A stretch of DNA of 64,000 nucleotides from Candidatus Hermodarchaeota archaeon (GCA_048885525.1 JBHLLP010000001.1:97227-161226); one strand, 5' to 3'; counted from the first letter of the stretch, positions 19,848 through 30,872 are shown. Numbers and translations: made by a program. The notes: generated from the letters alone by a model not told the origin.

Positions 19848-20276
19848 ATGAGTACTGAATGGAAACATGCATCATGGGTATCCACTCTGGGAAAATGGGC
19901 ATGGGTTTTGATAATAATAAATAGCATTATAGATATCATTTGGGGTCTTATTATCATAATTCCACTCGCGGTTCTACCATATGGTTATTTATTGATGGGT
20001 TACGGTATTTGGCTACTTTTGGGGGGAATTATAAATGCTTTAATCGCATTCTTTATTATATTGCCAAAATTCTCTAAAAAGTGCAGTGAAAGAGACTGGG
20101 ATTCTCTATTAAATTGGGTTTTACCTATTGGCAGTTTAAGATTTCCATGGATGCTTTTATGGGGAATAATCCTAGAAATTTTTGGATATGGTTGGGGTGG
20201 GTTACCAGTATTAATTCCAGCAATTTTCTTATTATTCACTGGTCCAAAACGATATGAATGGTCATCTCAAAAATAG
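19848..20276 (+). CDS. Hypothetical Trp/Gly-rich membrane protein
   Basis: 3-4 hydrophobic segments; followed by a T-tract. Confidence 0.75.
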   Translation: MSTEWKHASWVSTLGKWAWVLIIINSIIDIIWGLIIIIPLAVLPYGYLLMGYGIWLLLGGIINALIAFFIILPKFSKKCSERDWDSLLNWVLPIGSLRFPWMLLWGIILEIFGYGWGGLPVLIPAIFLLFTGPKRYEWSSQK

Positions 20277-20397
20277 AGAACAAATTTCATCTATATTTTT
20301 TTTTTTTCATTGTTTAAAGAAATTTTTAGACTATTATTGTATTTATATAAATCTATTTTTTTAACTCTTGAAATAATAAAAAATATCTAAGATTGAA

Positions 20398-20802
20398 ATG
20401 TATAATTCTTTCAAGAAATTTAATAATAAGATATATACAGGTATGAGAATAGGGAACTCTCATCATTGGAATTACACTAATGGAAAATGGTATGAAACTA
20501 AAAAAGAACCTGATAAATGGAATTTCACATTTGAAAGTCTAAAAACAAGGATTAACCCAGCACCAATCAACAGTGGTGCTGACATCAATACTCAATTTCA
20601 TTGGTATATAATTGCTGATCAAATTGCAACTAAAATTGATAACAATTCTTATATGACCTCAATGAATGGAATTAAATTTAAAATTGGGCATAAGCGCCCC
20701 TATTGGAGAACTTTTAGTTATAATTACCCAAATCAAATAGGATATAAAGAAAAAGTAATTGAAATCTTAGAACGAATTCTTTTTGAACTCAAGAATAAAT
20801 AA
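20398..20802 (+). CDS. Conserved hypothetical soluble protein (YTGMxxGxxHxW family)
   Basis: Aromatic/His-rich motifs YTGMRIGNSHHWNY, FHWYIIADQ, KIGHKRP. Confidence 0.75.
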   Translation: MYNSFKKFNNKIYTGMRIGNSHHWNYTNGKWYETKKEPDKWNFTFESLKTRINPAPINSGADINTQFHWYIIADQIATKIDNNSYMTSMNGIKFKIGHKRPYWRTFSYNYPNQIGYKEKVIEILERILFELKNK

Positions 20803-20843
20803 TTTCAAGAAGATGTATTCAAAAATTAAGGTGAAAATGTCGC

Positions 20844-21053
20844 TTAATTTGTATTTAAATATTTAATTTTTGGTTTTATATCGATATTTGGCTGATATTT
20901 GGTTTTGAAACAATAGCAATGACAACAATATAATTCAATATAATTACAATTCCAAATTTTAGTTAAGTAGTTGATATCTTTTGGACTACTATTTTTAATA
21001 TAACTTTCATAATCCAGATCTTTTCCGCATCTAAAGCACTTTCTTGATCTCAT
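20844..21053 (-). CDS. Small zinc-binding protein
   Basis: CFRC ... W ... YCCHC motif in 69 aa. Confidence 0.65.
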   Translation of the reverse strand: MRSRKCFRCGKDLDYESYIKNSSPKDINYLTKIWNCNYIELYCCHCYCFKTKYQPNIDIKPKIKYLNTN

Positions 21054-21074
21054 TTTTAAAAAAATACAATTGAT

Positions 21075-21590
21075 TTAAAATTGTTCATAATGAACAATCT
21101 TATCAATAGACTTTCTTTCTTTTACTTCACCTTTAGGTTTTACTGAATATCCTAGAGGTGTTAATCCCATTACTTTATATTTTTTAGGTATTTTTAATGC
21201 TTCTTTAACCTCTTCTTCGTTAAATTGACCAATCCAACAAGTTGCTAAACCTTCAGCTGTAGCAGCTAAAATTAAATGTTCAAAACAGATACCAAAATCA
21301 ACACCATAATATTTTTCTCCATTTTTATTTACTCCAGATCCGCTTGTAGAAATGATCCCAACAATAAATATTGGGGCTTCTATAAATTTTTTTTCTTGTC
21401 CAACCGCTTTCCATACAGCTTTAATATTTTCAGGCTCTTTTACTACAATATAATGAACACCTTGCATATTAGCCCATGTTGGAGCCAGACGCGCAGCTTC
21501 TAAAATTCTATCAACTTTTTCTTTTTCTGGCATATCTGGTTTATAAACTCGAAAACTTCTTCGCCTTTTCACTACATCGTAAAAATCCAT
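21075..21590 (-). CDS. Nitroreductase family protein
   Basis: RRSFRVY, ARLAPTWAN, LAATAEGLATCWIG, LGY. Confidence 0.93.
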   Translation of the reverse strand: MDFYDVVKRRRSFRVYKPDMPEKEKVDRILEAARLAPTWANMQGVHYIVVKEPENIKAVWKAVGQEKKFIEAPIFIVGIISTSGSGVNKNGEKYYGVDFGICFEHLILAATAEGLATCWIGQFNEEEVKEALKIPKKYKVMGLTPLGYSVKPKGEVKERKSIDKIVHYEQF

Positions 21591-21723
21591 ATTAAATCTC
21601 TTTATTCAATTTTAAATTTAAAAAATTAAATGAATCCAAAAATTTTAACTTATCGATAGCGTAATTAAACCAATATTATCCTAAACTATGATTTTTGTGA
21701 TCCATACCAATTTAAATTTCAAT

Positions 21724-22209
21724 CTAAGGTTGTGAAATATTCTTCAGCTTTTCTTCTTCTTTAATACTATTAAATAATTCGTTTCCACATTTAATACAGT
21801 TTTCTTCGTACCAAGAAAAAGGATTTTCACATTTAGAACATAACCACCTATCTTTTTGTTGCTCTAGCCAAGCTTGGACTCCAATTTCTTTAATAATATC
21901 AAAACTATGAACTGAAACATTATGATGCGGCAAGTTATATTTTTCTATTCTTTTAAATTCCTTACAAGGATATTCAGAACACTCATTACAAAGTTCTATT
22001 CCTTTTGATTGAGCACATTTGCGAATATTACATCCTCGACAATTTTCAAATAATATATCACTTTTGCAACCATGACATTTAAATTCCATATTTTGGATAC
22101 TACTCAACCACTCAGCTGGTATACAATCATTACGATTTTGATTATAAGCAATCATAATAAAACATGCACCACAATATAGACCGCAATATGCATCTAATTT
22201 ATAAGTCAT
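21724..22209 (-). CDS. DUF3795-like Cys-rich protein
   Basis: YCGLYCGAC, CHGCK, CxIRKCA, CNECSEYPC, C-terminal Zn ribbon. Confidence 0.85.
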   Translation of the reverse strand: MTYKLDAYCGLYCGACFIMIAYNQNRNDCIPAEWLSSIQNMEFKCHGCKSDILFENCRGCNIRKCAQSKGIELCNECSEYPCKEFKRIEKYNLPHHNVSVHSFDIIKEIGVQAWLEQQKDRWLCSKCENPFSWYEENCIKCGNELFNSIKEEEKLKNISQP

Positions 22210-22369
22210 ATATAATCAATTTTTAGATTTTAAGATCAAGAAATTATATAAATAAGGATTCAATTCTCTTTTAAATCTTTTAAATTAAAAATAATCTTTC
22301 TTAATATTTACTAAATTAAACTTATTCTGACAGGATCGTTTGATACTGAATTAAATAATTATTCACTTA

Positions 22370-23117
22370 CTATTTTTTATATAAACCAAAGAAAATGATC
22401 AGAAAAATAATAATATCTACTGTCTCAACTATTACTAAGTATATTGCTTCTTCTCCAATAATATTTAGCAGTAATGGTCTAAAAATACTTGATAGCATAT
22501 ATAAGAAGAACCCAATTGTTAGTATTCCAGGTTTAACTACTGTTAATCGATTAAATCGATAAGCCATATAGAAAATATAGACAATTCCAATTAATGAGGG
22601 TATAAGAATAAACGGTAGAATCATTGTTACAATTGTTACACTTGGCCCTATAAGGACGATTATTGATTCAATGATAACTATTACAGCAATTAATATTGTT
22701 CTCAATCTGTTCATATAAGCCCTACTTTTTAATGTATTATACTTATCTTCTAGTCTAAAGAAAATTACTTCCATACCTAGGTAGAGTAAAGGGGGTTACT
22801 TCGAAAATAATTGTAAAAAATCTAACCTTCAAAAGGAGTAAAACTACAGCTTCGCTAAATGTAAAGTAGGTCATATCATGAAATAGATCAAGAGCTTTCC
22901 CAAACATCAAGATCAGAAAAAACAATTCTAATAGAAAGGGAATATCTGAGAGAAATTGTGCTTCCTGCTTAAACCATTTACCAAATAAGTAAACATAAAC
23001 TTTTCTCTTTTCGATACATTTATAATTATATAATATTGAGTAAACATCATGAGAGCTGCAAGCAGTATACCCTAGTTTACCTAAAATTCTTTTATTCCAA
23101 TTTTCATTGAAATTCAT
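22370..23117 (-). pseudogene. Multi-pass membrane protein split by a frameshift (track ORFs 22755-23117 and 22370-22774)
   Basis: Removing one base from the G5 run at 22791-22795 joins FEVTP to LLYLGMEVIFFRL in one hydrophobic reading frame. Confidence 0.7.
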
Positions 23118-23189
23118 TAATCTGTATTAGAAAGTAAAATAAACATAATTAAAATTACTAAAGAGAAAAAAAAAAAAGAAAGTTTCAGT

Positions 23190-23654
23190 TTATTCTACTG
23201 AAATTTCTATTGCAGCGAAAAAGGTCGTAAACATTATTACAAAGAGTATTAATCCCGAAATAATTAGGCATATTCTACGTGTTCTTTCATCAATTCTATC
23301 ATTTACAGCAAAACTTAAAAATCCTATAAGGATAAAAAATAAAGCCACATTAACACCAACCCTAGCAATATTCATAAAAATAACGTCTTGCCATTGCATC
23401 CAATACATAATCCCCTCAATTTCTTCTCTTCTCTCCACATAATCATTATAGCCATAAACTCCATTCCAATAATTCAATTCGTTTTCTTGATTTTGTAAAT
23501 AATACCACGTACTAGCGTTTTGATCAATTGAACGGCTTATCATCATCATTAATCCAAATAAAAGTGCTGCTAATAGTCCATATATAATGTATTTTGTAGC
23601 TTTGTTTTTATCCATTAATGGTAACTTGTCAAAGAAACTTCTTTCATCTCCCAT
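23190..23654 (-). CDS. Hypothetical membrane protein (3 TM)
   Basis: Hydrophobic segments; 2 nt from the upstream gene, with GGAGG SD. Confidence 0.8.
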   Translation of the reverse strand: MGDERSFFDKLPLMDKNKATKYIIYGLLAALLFGLMMMISRSIDQNASTWYYLQNQENELNYWNGVYGYNDYVERREEIEGIMYWMQWQDVIFMNIARVGVNVALFFILIGFLSFAVNDRIDERTRRICLIISGLILFVIMFTTFFAAIEISVE

Positions 23655-23656
23655 TT

Positions 23657-24322
23657 TTATCGACCTCCCTTAAATTTTTTGTAATACCCATAGAATAAAA
23701 GGAGAAAAGCTACTCCTATAACTCCTGCGCCGATATAATAAAATAATTCTTCTAAGAATTCTCCCGGACCATCCATTGTTACCACAAGATTGAACCTTAC
23801 TGTAGTATCAGAAGGAGGACCATTATTATCTCCATAAACTACGATTACATAGGATCCCGGTATTGAAATGAGATAATCTCCAGCAGTATCTCCCGCAAAT
23901 TCGATATAATAATACCCATCCTCAGCATAACCAAAACTTCTCTCATTATCTGAATATATATATGTTGAAGGTGACACACCCCAGACAAATCGTGAATAAA
24001 TAAAATTTAATCCTGTCAATCCTCCTGGAGAAGTAGTATTTAAAGCATACTCTTGATCATACAATCCTTTCGAAAAAATTTTTAGAGTTGCTGAAATATT
24101 GGCATAATAGACTGAAAATTCTATGCGTACTTTTTGTCCATTTGACAAAGAAAAACGATAGGCAAATGCATCTGGTAAATTAGCACTACTATCTTCACTA
24201 ATATTAACCGGCTTTCTATTATATACTTCCAACTTATCTGTAGTATAACCTAAAATTGGAGCAAGTATTAACAATACTACACCTGCACTAAAAATAATCT
24301 TTAAGATTGTTTTTTTCGCCAT
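23657..24322 (-). CDS. Membrane-anchored extracellular beta-rich protein
   Basis: N-terminal signal/TM, beta-strand-rich middle, C-terminal TM with basic tail. Confidence 0.8.
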   Translation of the reverse strand: MAKKTILKIIFSAGVVLLILAPILGYTTDKLEVYNRKPVNISEDSSANLPDAFAYRFSLSNGQKVRIEFSVYYANISATLKIFSKGLYDQEYALNTTSPGGLTGLNFIYSRFVWGVSPSTYIYSDNERSFGYAEDGYYYIEFAGDTAGDYLISIPGSYVIVVYGDNNGPPSDTTVRFNLVVTMDGPGEFLEELFYYIGAGVIGVAFLLLFYGYYKKFKGGR

Positions 24323-24621
24323 TGAAAAACACCTAAATTTTTTTTTTAAAATTTATAAATTTTTGTTATTTACAGTTTCTTTAGCATACTTAAAAAATTT
24401 CATAATAATGGTTTAATTTGAAACTTTTTTGTTACATTTACTAATCTTTATATTATAATATAGGACTATTAAATTCTTATTCAAATTTTCAGGTTCTTCA
24501 TTTATTTTTATGCTTTAAAAGTAGAATATATAAATATTAAAAATTGATAAGATCTAATAGATATCCACAATCTATTTAAAAATTATTAAATTTGAATAAA
24601 AAAACTGAGCTAAATTGATAA

Positions 24622-25389
24622 ATGACTAAGAAAGAAATTTTACAGATTTTAAATCTTATAGGATTTATTGCAACAGTAATTGTTAATTTTCTGGCTGTTC
24701 TTCTACCAATTGGACTTGGTACCACTCAAGAATTATCTGATGCAATCCCAAACTTGTTTGTTCCAGCTGGAATTACTTTTTCGATTTGGAGTGTAATTTA
24801 TATCTTTTTAGGACTATTTTCGATTTATCAAATTAGAGATATATTTAAGTCAGACAAAATTGAGATGAAATACTTAGATAATATCGGGTATTTCTTTATT
24901 ATTGGAAGTTTAGCTAATGTAATATGGATAATTGTATGGCATTATAAACTAGTTCCGTTATCTCTAATTTTTATGATTATTCTATTAATCTCATTATTAT
25001 TTATCTATACAAGATTAAACATTGGAAAATCAGATATTTCTAAAATCGAAAAAGTAGCGGTTCATATACCATTCAGTATATATTTAGGTTGGATAACTGT
25101 TGCTACAATAGCTAATGTTACAGCTGTTTTAGTTGTTCTAGGGGTGAATAGTTTTGGATTATTGGCAGAACTATTAACAATATTAGTAATAATTGTGGCG
25201 GTGCTCATAACTTTTACTATACTTATATTACGTAAAGATTATGCTTACAGTTTTGTAGTAGTTTGGGCATTATTAGGGATTTTAATCAAACAATTAAATT
25301 CTAACTTGACAATAGCAATAACTGCGTTAATATCTGGTGTTTTAATCCTAGTAGGAATTGTATATATCATTATTCGACAAAAGAAATAA
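24622..25389 (+). CDS. Tryptophan-rich sensory protein (TspO-like) family membrane protein
   Basis: FVPAGITFSIWSVIY, PFSIYLGWITVATIAN. Confidence 0.75.
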   Translation: MTKKEILQILNLIGFIATVIVNFLAVLLPIGLGTTQELSDAIPNLFVPAGITFSIWSVIYIFLGLFSIYQIRDIFKSDKIEMKYLDNIGYFFIIGSLANVIWIIVWHYKLVPLSLIFMIILLISLLFIYTRLNIGKSDISKIEKVAVHIPFSIYLGWITVATIANVTAVLVVLGVNSFGLLAELLTILVIIVAVLITFTILILRKDYAYSFVVVWALLGILIKQLNSNLTIAITALISGVLILVGIVYIIIRQKK

Positions 25390-25586
25390 TTATAATATTT
25401 TTTTTTTTCCATTATCCTTTTTTTTAATTAGGGTTTAATAAAGCTATAATTTTCTAAACTCTTTAGATGATAAATGTATTTATTATTTCTTATGAAATTG
25501 CTCAACTTCAGCTATTTCTGATACTATAGTGATCAATGGAAATTAATTTAAATGAAGTAAGCGATAACTATTTAGAGGTTTTAATA

Positions 25587-26756
25587 ATGTATGATGTAGT
25601 AGTATCAGGTGCTGGACCTTCAGGATCGCAATGTGCAAAAGTAATAGCTAAAGCAGGATATAAAGTTGCTTTAATAGAAAAAGATTCAAATTGGCGTAAA
25701 CCATGCGGAGGAGCAATCCATTCCAGTGTTGTAAATGTTTATCCACAGTTGAAAAAATTAAATAATGCAAAAGTATTAGGTGTTGTCATGCACTCAGCAG
25801 ATTATCATAGGTTAGAATTTAAGGGTGTTGGTAACGAATTTTCAATAATTATGGATAGATTAGAGCTCGATAAAGTGATGAAAGACGCCGCAATTGATTC
25901 AGGAGCAGAGTTTTATGACAAAAATTTATCTTTTGATTTTGTATCTAAAAATCAGAAAAAAGTTGGTATAAAAACAAAAACCCCAAGTGGTATCAAAGAG
26001 TATTATGGAAACTTGATTATAATTGCTGATGGTATGAGTTCTAAATTAGCTCCAAAATCCGGAGTCAGATCAAAATGGAAATTAAATGAAATAGCAAATG
26101 GTAAATGTGCCATTATGGAAGGGGAAAATCGATTAGATGAAGAATTTGTTTATGTATTTTTTAAACCATATCTGGGATATGGATGGATCTTTCCATTAGG
26201 TAATAAAAAATTTAATATAGGGGTATTTACATTTGGTATTGATAATGCTAACTATAACCTACTTAAAGTTTATCGAGAGTTTCTTGATAATCCAAACATT
26301 AAGAAATATCTCCCAGGCTTAAAATATAAGCTTATCTGGTCAAGTTGTTATTCTTTTCCTGCAGAAGGAGTTTTGGAAAAAAGCTTATATAGTGATAATT
26401 TAATGCTTGTAGGAGATACTGGAGGTTTTGTTTCTCCTATAAGTGGTGAGGGAATTCAAACTGCCGTAATCTCAGGTAAAATTGCTGCAGAAACAGCGAT
26501 TAAAGCCTTACAAGAAGAAGATTATTCAAAAAACTCATTAAAAAAATACAGAACTCATCCTGAAATCAAGAATATCATTAACAATTTCAAATTAAAACGT
26601 TCAATGATTAAATTTTTTTTCGAAAATAATGGTAAAAATCTTAATAAAATGCTTGAGGTATCAGAAAATGATTTAGTATTTAGAGAACAATTAGTTAACA
26701 TGTTTACTTACGGAGAACTACCTTCAAAAGAATTTCTAGCAAAAATTAATGACTAA
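25587..26756 (+). CDS. Geranylgeranyl reductase family FAD-dependent oxidoreductase
   Basis: GAGPSG, KPCGG, GYGWIFP, GDTGGFVSPISGEGI; ATG 25587 preceded by GAGGT. Confidence 0.9.
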   Translation: MYDVVVSGAGPSGSQCAKVIAKAGYKVALIEKDSNWRKPCGGAIHSSVVNVYPQLKKLNNAKVLGVVMHSADYHRLEFKGVGNEFSIIMDRLELDKVMKDAAIDSGAEFYDKNLSFDFVSKNQKKVGIKTKTPSGIKEYYGNLIIIADGMSSKLAPKSGVRSKWKLNEIANGKCAIMEGENRLDEEFVYVFFKPYLGYGWIFPLGNKKFNIGVFTFGIDNANYNLLKVYREFLDNPNIKKYLPGLKYKLIWSSCYSFPAEGVLEKSLYSDNLMLVGDTGGFVSPISGEGIQTAVISGKIAAETAIKALQEEDYSKNSLKKYRTHPEIKNIINNFKLKRSMIKFFFENNGKNLNKMLEVSENDLVFREQLVNMFTYGELPSKEFLAKIND

Positions 26757-26897
26757 ATAAAATTCTAAGGTAAAAATAATTTATAAAGACAAATTTTTTG
26801 GTACAAATTTCTATTTTTTTTAAAAACAAAATTCCCCTTTATTACCCATTTCACTATATTTTTAACCTATTTTCCTTTATTTTTCAAAAACGTAACC

Positions 26898-26967
26898 TTT
26901 AAATAAGCAAATTAATATTGTTATATTAAGATATGTAAAGTTCATCTTGACAATGAAACCTTACATA
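26898..26967 (+). promoter_or_regulatory. TATA box plus downstream imperfect inverted repeat upstream of grpE
   Basis: TTTAAATA at 26898-26905; TATGTAAAGTTCAT-N7-ATGAAACCTTACATA at 26932-26967. Confidence 0.55.
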
Positions 26968-27003
26968 CAAAAAAAAGGAGTTTAAAACTCAAAAAATAAA
27001 AAA

Positions 27004-27732
27004 ATGACATACGTGTTTAAAAATGAAATGGGAGATGTAAGACCTGTGACATTTGAAGAATATTTTGATAAATTTAATAGTAATCGCGGTTTTTCACGTG
27101 GATTATCAAATCAAATTTTGGTCTCAAGAAAAGATTACGAGCTTCTTAAAGCGAATGCAGAAAAATACGAAGCATTAGTTGAGGAACACAAAAAGATTAA
27201 GACTCAAAATGATCGGTTACTAAAAGAACTTGACGATATGAAAGATGATGGTCGCAAATTTAAGGAATTATTAGAAGAGAAGGAAAAATATTTGAATTCA
27301 CTTTTACGGATACGAGCTGATTTTGAGAATTATAAGAAGCGTTCTGAACAAGAGAATATTAGATACAAGTCATATCTCATGGATTCTATATTAAAGAAGT
27401 TAATTGATCATTATGATGATTTAGTAAGAGCATTGAACTTGCTGAATATGCTTGAAAATATGGATGGTATTAAGAATGGCTTTGAAATAATAATCAAAAA
27501 TTTTGTAAAGCTTTTAGATGAGGAAGGTGTAAAACCGATGAATTCAGAGGGCGAAAAATTTGATCCATATAAGCATGAAGCCATACTAGTTGAAGAGGGT
27601 AGAGATGATCTCCCAGAAAATACGATATTAGAAGAAATAACAAAAGGTTATTATATTAAAGATAAGGTTTTAAGACCTGCGAAGGTCAAAATCTCAAAAA
27701 AATCAAAATTAAAAAATTTAAATGAAAATTAG
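27004..27732 (+). CDS. grpE: Nucleotide exchange factor GrpE
   Basis: LRIRADFENYKKR, FDPYKHEA, KGY...VLRPAKVKI. Confidence 0.95.
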   Translation: MTYVFKNEMGDVRPVTFEEYFDKFNSNRGFSRGLSNQILVSRKDYELLKANAEKYEALVEEHKKIKTQNDRLLKELDDMKDDGRKFKELLEEKEKYLNSLLRIRADFENYKKRSEQENIRYKSYLMDSILKKLIDHYDDLVRALNLLNMLENMDGIKNGFEIIIKNFVKLLDEEGVKPMNSEGEKFDPYKHEAILVEEGRDDLPENTILEEITKGYYIKDKVLRPAKVKISKKSKLKNLNEN

Positions 27733-27768
27733 AAAATAATAAAAAAATAACAAAAGGAGTGAAATAAT

Positions 27769-29682
27769 ATGGCAAAAATAATAGGAATTGACTTAGGAAC
27801 ATCAAATTCAGCAGCAGCAGTCTTAATTGGCGGTAAACCAACAATTATTCCAAGTGCTGAGGGTTTAACCTTGGGTGGCAAGGCTTTTCCCTCTGTAGTA
27901 GCGTTTACGAAGGATGGTCAGAGATTAGTCGGAGAACCTGCAAGAAGGCAAGCAATCTCAAATCCAGATCGTACAATTACGGCTATTAAAAGGAAAATGG
28001 GCACATCTTACAAAGTAACAATAGATGGAAAGGATTATTCACCTCAAGAGATTTCGGCAATGATTCTGAGAAAAATCAAGGAAGATGCAAGTGCTTATTT
28101 AGGTGAAGAAGTCACTGACGCAATAATTACTGTACCAGCATATTTTAATGATAATCAAAGACAAGCTACAAAAGATGCGGGAAGGATCGCAGGATTGAAT
28201 GTAAAACGTTTAATTAACGAACCCACTGCCGCAGCTGTAGCTTATGGCTTAGATAAGAAAAATGCTAGACTAAAAATCGCAGTATTGGATCTTGGTGGTG
28301 GTACATTTGATGTTACGATTATGGAGATGGACAATCAAGTATTTGAGGTAATTTCTACAGCAGGAGATACTCAATTAGGAGGCACTGATATGGATAAAAT
28401 ACTTGTTGATTATATAGTTTCTGAGTTCCAAAAAGATCAAGGTGTAAATATAAGAGGAGATTCTATGGCAATGCAACGAATTCGAGAAGCAGCAGAGAAA
28501 GCTAAAATTGAATTATCTACATCAATTACAACTGATATTAATTTACCCTATATTACAGCAACTAGCGAAGGACCAAAACATCTTAATATGTCACTGACCA
28601 GAGCTAAATTAGAGCAGTTAATAGAACCAGTCTTAAAGAGATTGGACATATCGATTTTAAAAGCTTTACAGGATGCTGGAATGGCAAGAGGAGAAATCGA
28701 TAAGATCATTTTAGTTGGAGGTCCTACAAGAATGCCTGTTGTACAGAAGAAATTCGAAAATCTACTAGCTAAGGCTCCAGAACGTAGTATTGATCCTATG
28801 GAGTGTGTTGCGATGGGTGCTTCGGTTCAAGGCGGAGTATTAACTGGTGAAGTTGAAGACTTATTATTACTTGATGTGACACCTTTATCATTAGGAGTTG
28901 AGACATTAGGTGGAGTATTTACAAAATTAATTGAGAGAAACACAACGATTCCAACCAAAAAAGCGGAAACATTCTCAACAGCATCAGATAATCAACCAGC
29001 AGTAGAAATTCATGTTTTACAAGGTGAAAGACCAAGAGCAGCCGATAATATAACATTAGGAAGATTTCATTTAAATGGCATTCCACCAGCTCCAAGGGGA
29101 GTACCACAGATTGAAGTAACATTTGATATTGATCAAAATGGAATCCTAAATGTTTCAGCGAAAGATAAAGGAACAGGAAAAAGTCAATCAATAACTATCA
29201 CTGCATCCACAAAGATGTCTGACGATGATATTGAACAAAAAGTTCGAGAAGCAGAAAGAAATGCAGAAGAAGATAGAAAATTCCAAGAATTAACTGAAGC
29301 TAAAAATCATGCAGAATCACTAATCTACCAAACTGAGAAGCTATTAAAAGAGAATGATGCTGTCATTGGAGATTTAAAATCAAATATATTGAATAAGATC
29401 TCTATTTTAAGGAGTGCGATGGAATCTGAAGATTTAAATCGTATTAAAGGTGCTACAGAAGCTTTACAGAATTCACTGCATGAAGTTTCATCTCGTATAT
29501 ACGGACAAAAGCAAGGGACATATCAAGGAACTTATCAAGGTGCTCAACCTGGAGGCATGGGAGATGTCCCACCAGGTGCTACATATGGATATCAAGGAAA
29601 GACTCAAGATGAGATAGAAGAAGAACAATTCCGAAAAGCAACTGGCCAAGATGATAATGTAGTTGACACTGAGTATGATTAA
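27769..29682 (+). CDS. dnaK: Chaperone DnaK (Hsp70)
   Basis: [36 protein letters not shown]. Confidence 0.98.
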   Translation: MAKIIGIDLGTSNSAAAVLIGGKPTIIPSAEGLTLGGKAFPSVVAFTKDGQRLVGEPARRQAISNPDRTITAIKRKMGTSYKVTIDGKDYSPQEISAMILRKIKEDASAYLGEEVTDAIITVPAYFNDNQRQATKDAGRIAGLNVKRLINEPTAAAVAYGLDKKNARLKIAVLDLGGGTFDVTIMEMDNQVFEVISTAGDTQLGGTDMDKILVDYIVSEFQKDQGVNIRGDSMAMQRIREAAEKAKIELSTSITTDINLPYITATSEGPKHLNMSLTRAKLEQLIEPVLKRLDISILKALQDAGMARGEIDKIILVGGPTRMPVVQKKFENLLAKAPERSIDPMECVAMGASVQGGVLTGEVEDLLLLDVTPLSLGVETLGGVFTKLIERNTTIPTKKAETFSTASDNQPAVEIHVLQGERPRAADNITLGRFHLNGIPPAPRGVPQIEVTFDIDQNGILNVSAKDKGTGKSQSITITASTKMSDDDIEQKVREAERNAEEDRKFQELTEAKNHAESLIYQTEKLLKENDAVIGDLKSNILNKISILRSAMESEDLNRIKGATEALQNSLHEVSSRIYGQKQGTYQGTYQGAQPGGMGDVPPGATYGYQGKTQDEIEEEQFRKATGQDDNVVDTEYD

Positions 29683-29683
29683 A

Positions 29684-29705
29684 TTTTTTTTTTTAATTTT
29701 TTTTT
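29684..29705 (+). terminator. Double oligo-T tract after dnaK
   Basis: T11-AA-T9 immediately after the stop codon. Confidence 0.55.
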
Positions 29706-29759
29706 AAATTCACATTTATTAAATTATTATTCATAATTGTAAGAAAGAGGTTGTAAAAT

Positions 29760-30770
29760 ATGGCAAAAAATTATTACGAAATATTGGGAATAAACAAAGG
29801 AGCTTCAAAGGAAGAAATTAAAAGAGCCTTTCGAAAAATGGCTCGAAAATATCATCCTGATGTTAATCCAGATGAACCAAAATCAGGAGAGAAATTTAAA
29901 GAGATAAACGAAGCTTATACAATCTTAAGCGATGATAAAAAAAGAGAGATGTATGATAGATTTGGTGTTGTAGAAGGAGATTCTTCATCATATCAAAGTT
30001 GGAGTGGAGCTCCTGAAGGAGGAAGAGTCCATCGAAGTCCAGATGGTACAACTTATTATTATTCAACATCGGGTTCACCAGGAGGATTTGATTTCAGTGA
30101 AATTTTTGGAAATCATGATAATTCTAGAAGTAGAACTGGTGGATTTGATTTTTTTAACGATTTAGGGGATATCTTTGATGTTTTTAATAGAGGTGGAAGA
30201 GGAAGTACAAGGGCGAGATCTTCAAATTATAGTAATCTTCCAAGAGAAGGAGATGACTTAAGATATGATATGGAAATAGATTTTATGGATGCCTTTTATG
30301 GAGGAAAGAAAAGAGTAAATTATAAAGATCCTACAAGTGGCCAAATGAAGACCTTAAGTGTAAATATTCCAAGAGGTATCAAAGATGATCAAAAATTACG
30401 TCTAAAGGGGAAAGGAATGCCCGGAGAGAATGGAGGCGGTTCAGGAGATTTATATATTGCTATACACATTAGAAATCATCCAAAATTTGAAAGGAAAGAT
30501 GATGATATCTATACCGAACAAGAAGTTCCATTCACTACAGCGGCACTTGGAGGAAAAATTCAGGTCTCTGGTATAGAAAGCATTTTAAATGTATCAGTTC
30601 CTCCGGGAACGAATGACTCATCATTATTAAGACTAAAAAACCAAGGTTTTTATAAAATTAATTCAGATCAAAGGGGAAATTTATTAATTAAAATAAAAAT
30701 TAAAGTCCCTAAAAAACTAAATCGAGATCAGAAAGAATTGTTAAAAAAATTACAAATATTGGGTGTTTGA
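29760..30770 (+). CDS. dnaJ: DnaJ-class co-chaperone, type II (no zinc finger)
   Basis: J domain with HPD, G/F-rich linker, C-terminal domain; no CxxCxGxG repeats. Confidence 0.92.
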   Translation: MAKNYYEILGINKGASKEEIKRAFRKMARKYHPDVNPDEPKSGEKFKEINEAYTILSDDKKREMYDRFGVVEGDSSSYQSWSGAPEGGRVHRSPDGTTYYYSTSGSPGGFDFSEIFGNHDNSRSRTGGFDFFNDLGDIFDVFNRGGRGSTRARSSNYSNLPREGDDLRYDMEIDFMDAFYGGKKRVNYKDPTSGQMKTLSVNIPRGIKDDQKLRLKGKGMPGENGGGSGDLYIAIHIRNHPKFERKDDDIYTEQEVPFTTAALGGKIQVSGIESILNVSVPPGTNDSSLLRLKNQGFYKINSDQRGNLLIKIKIKVPKKLNRDQKELLKKLQILGV

Positions 30771-30872
30771 TCAATTTTAAATAATGAAAAAATAGAAAAT
30801 AGAGGGGAATTAATAATTGGTCTACAATTGTTTTATAATTTTTAATAAAATCAAGATAATGAGGATATAAAA

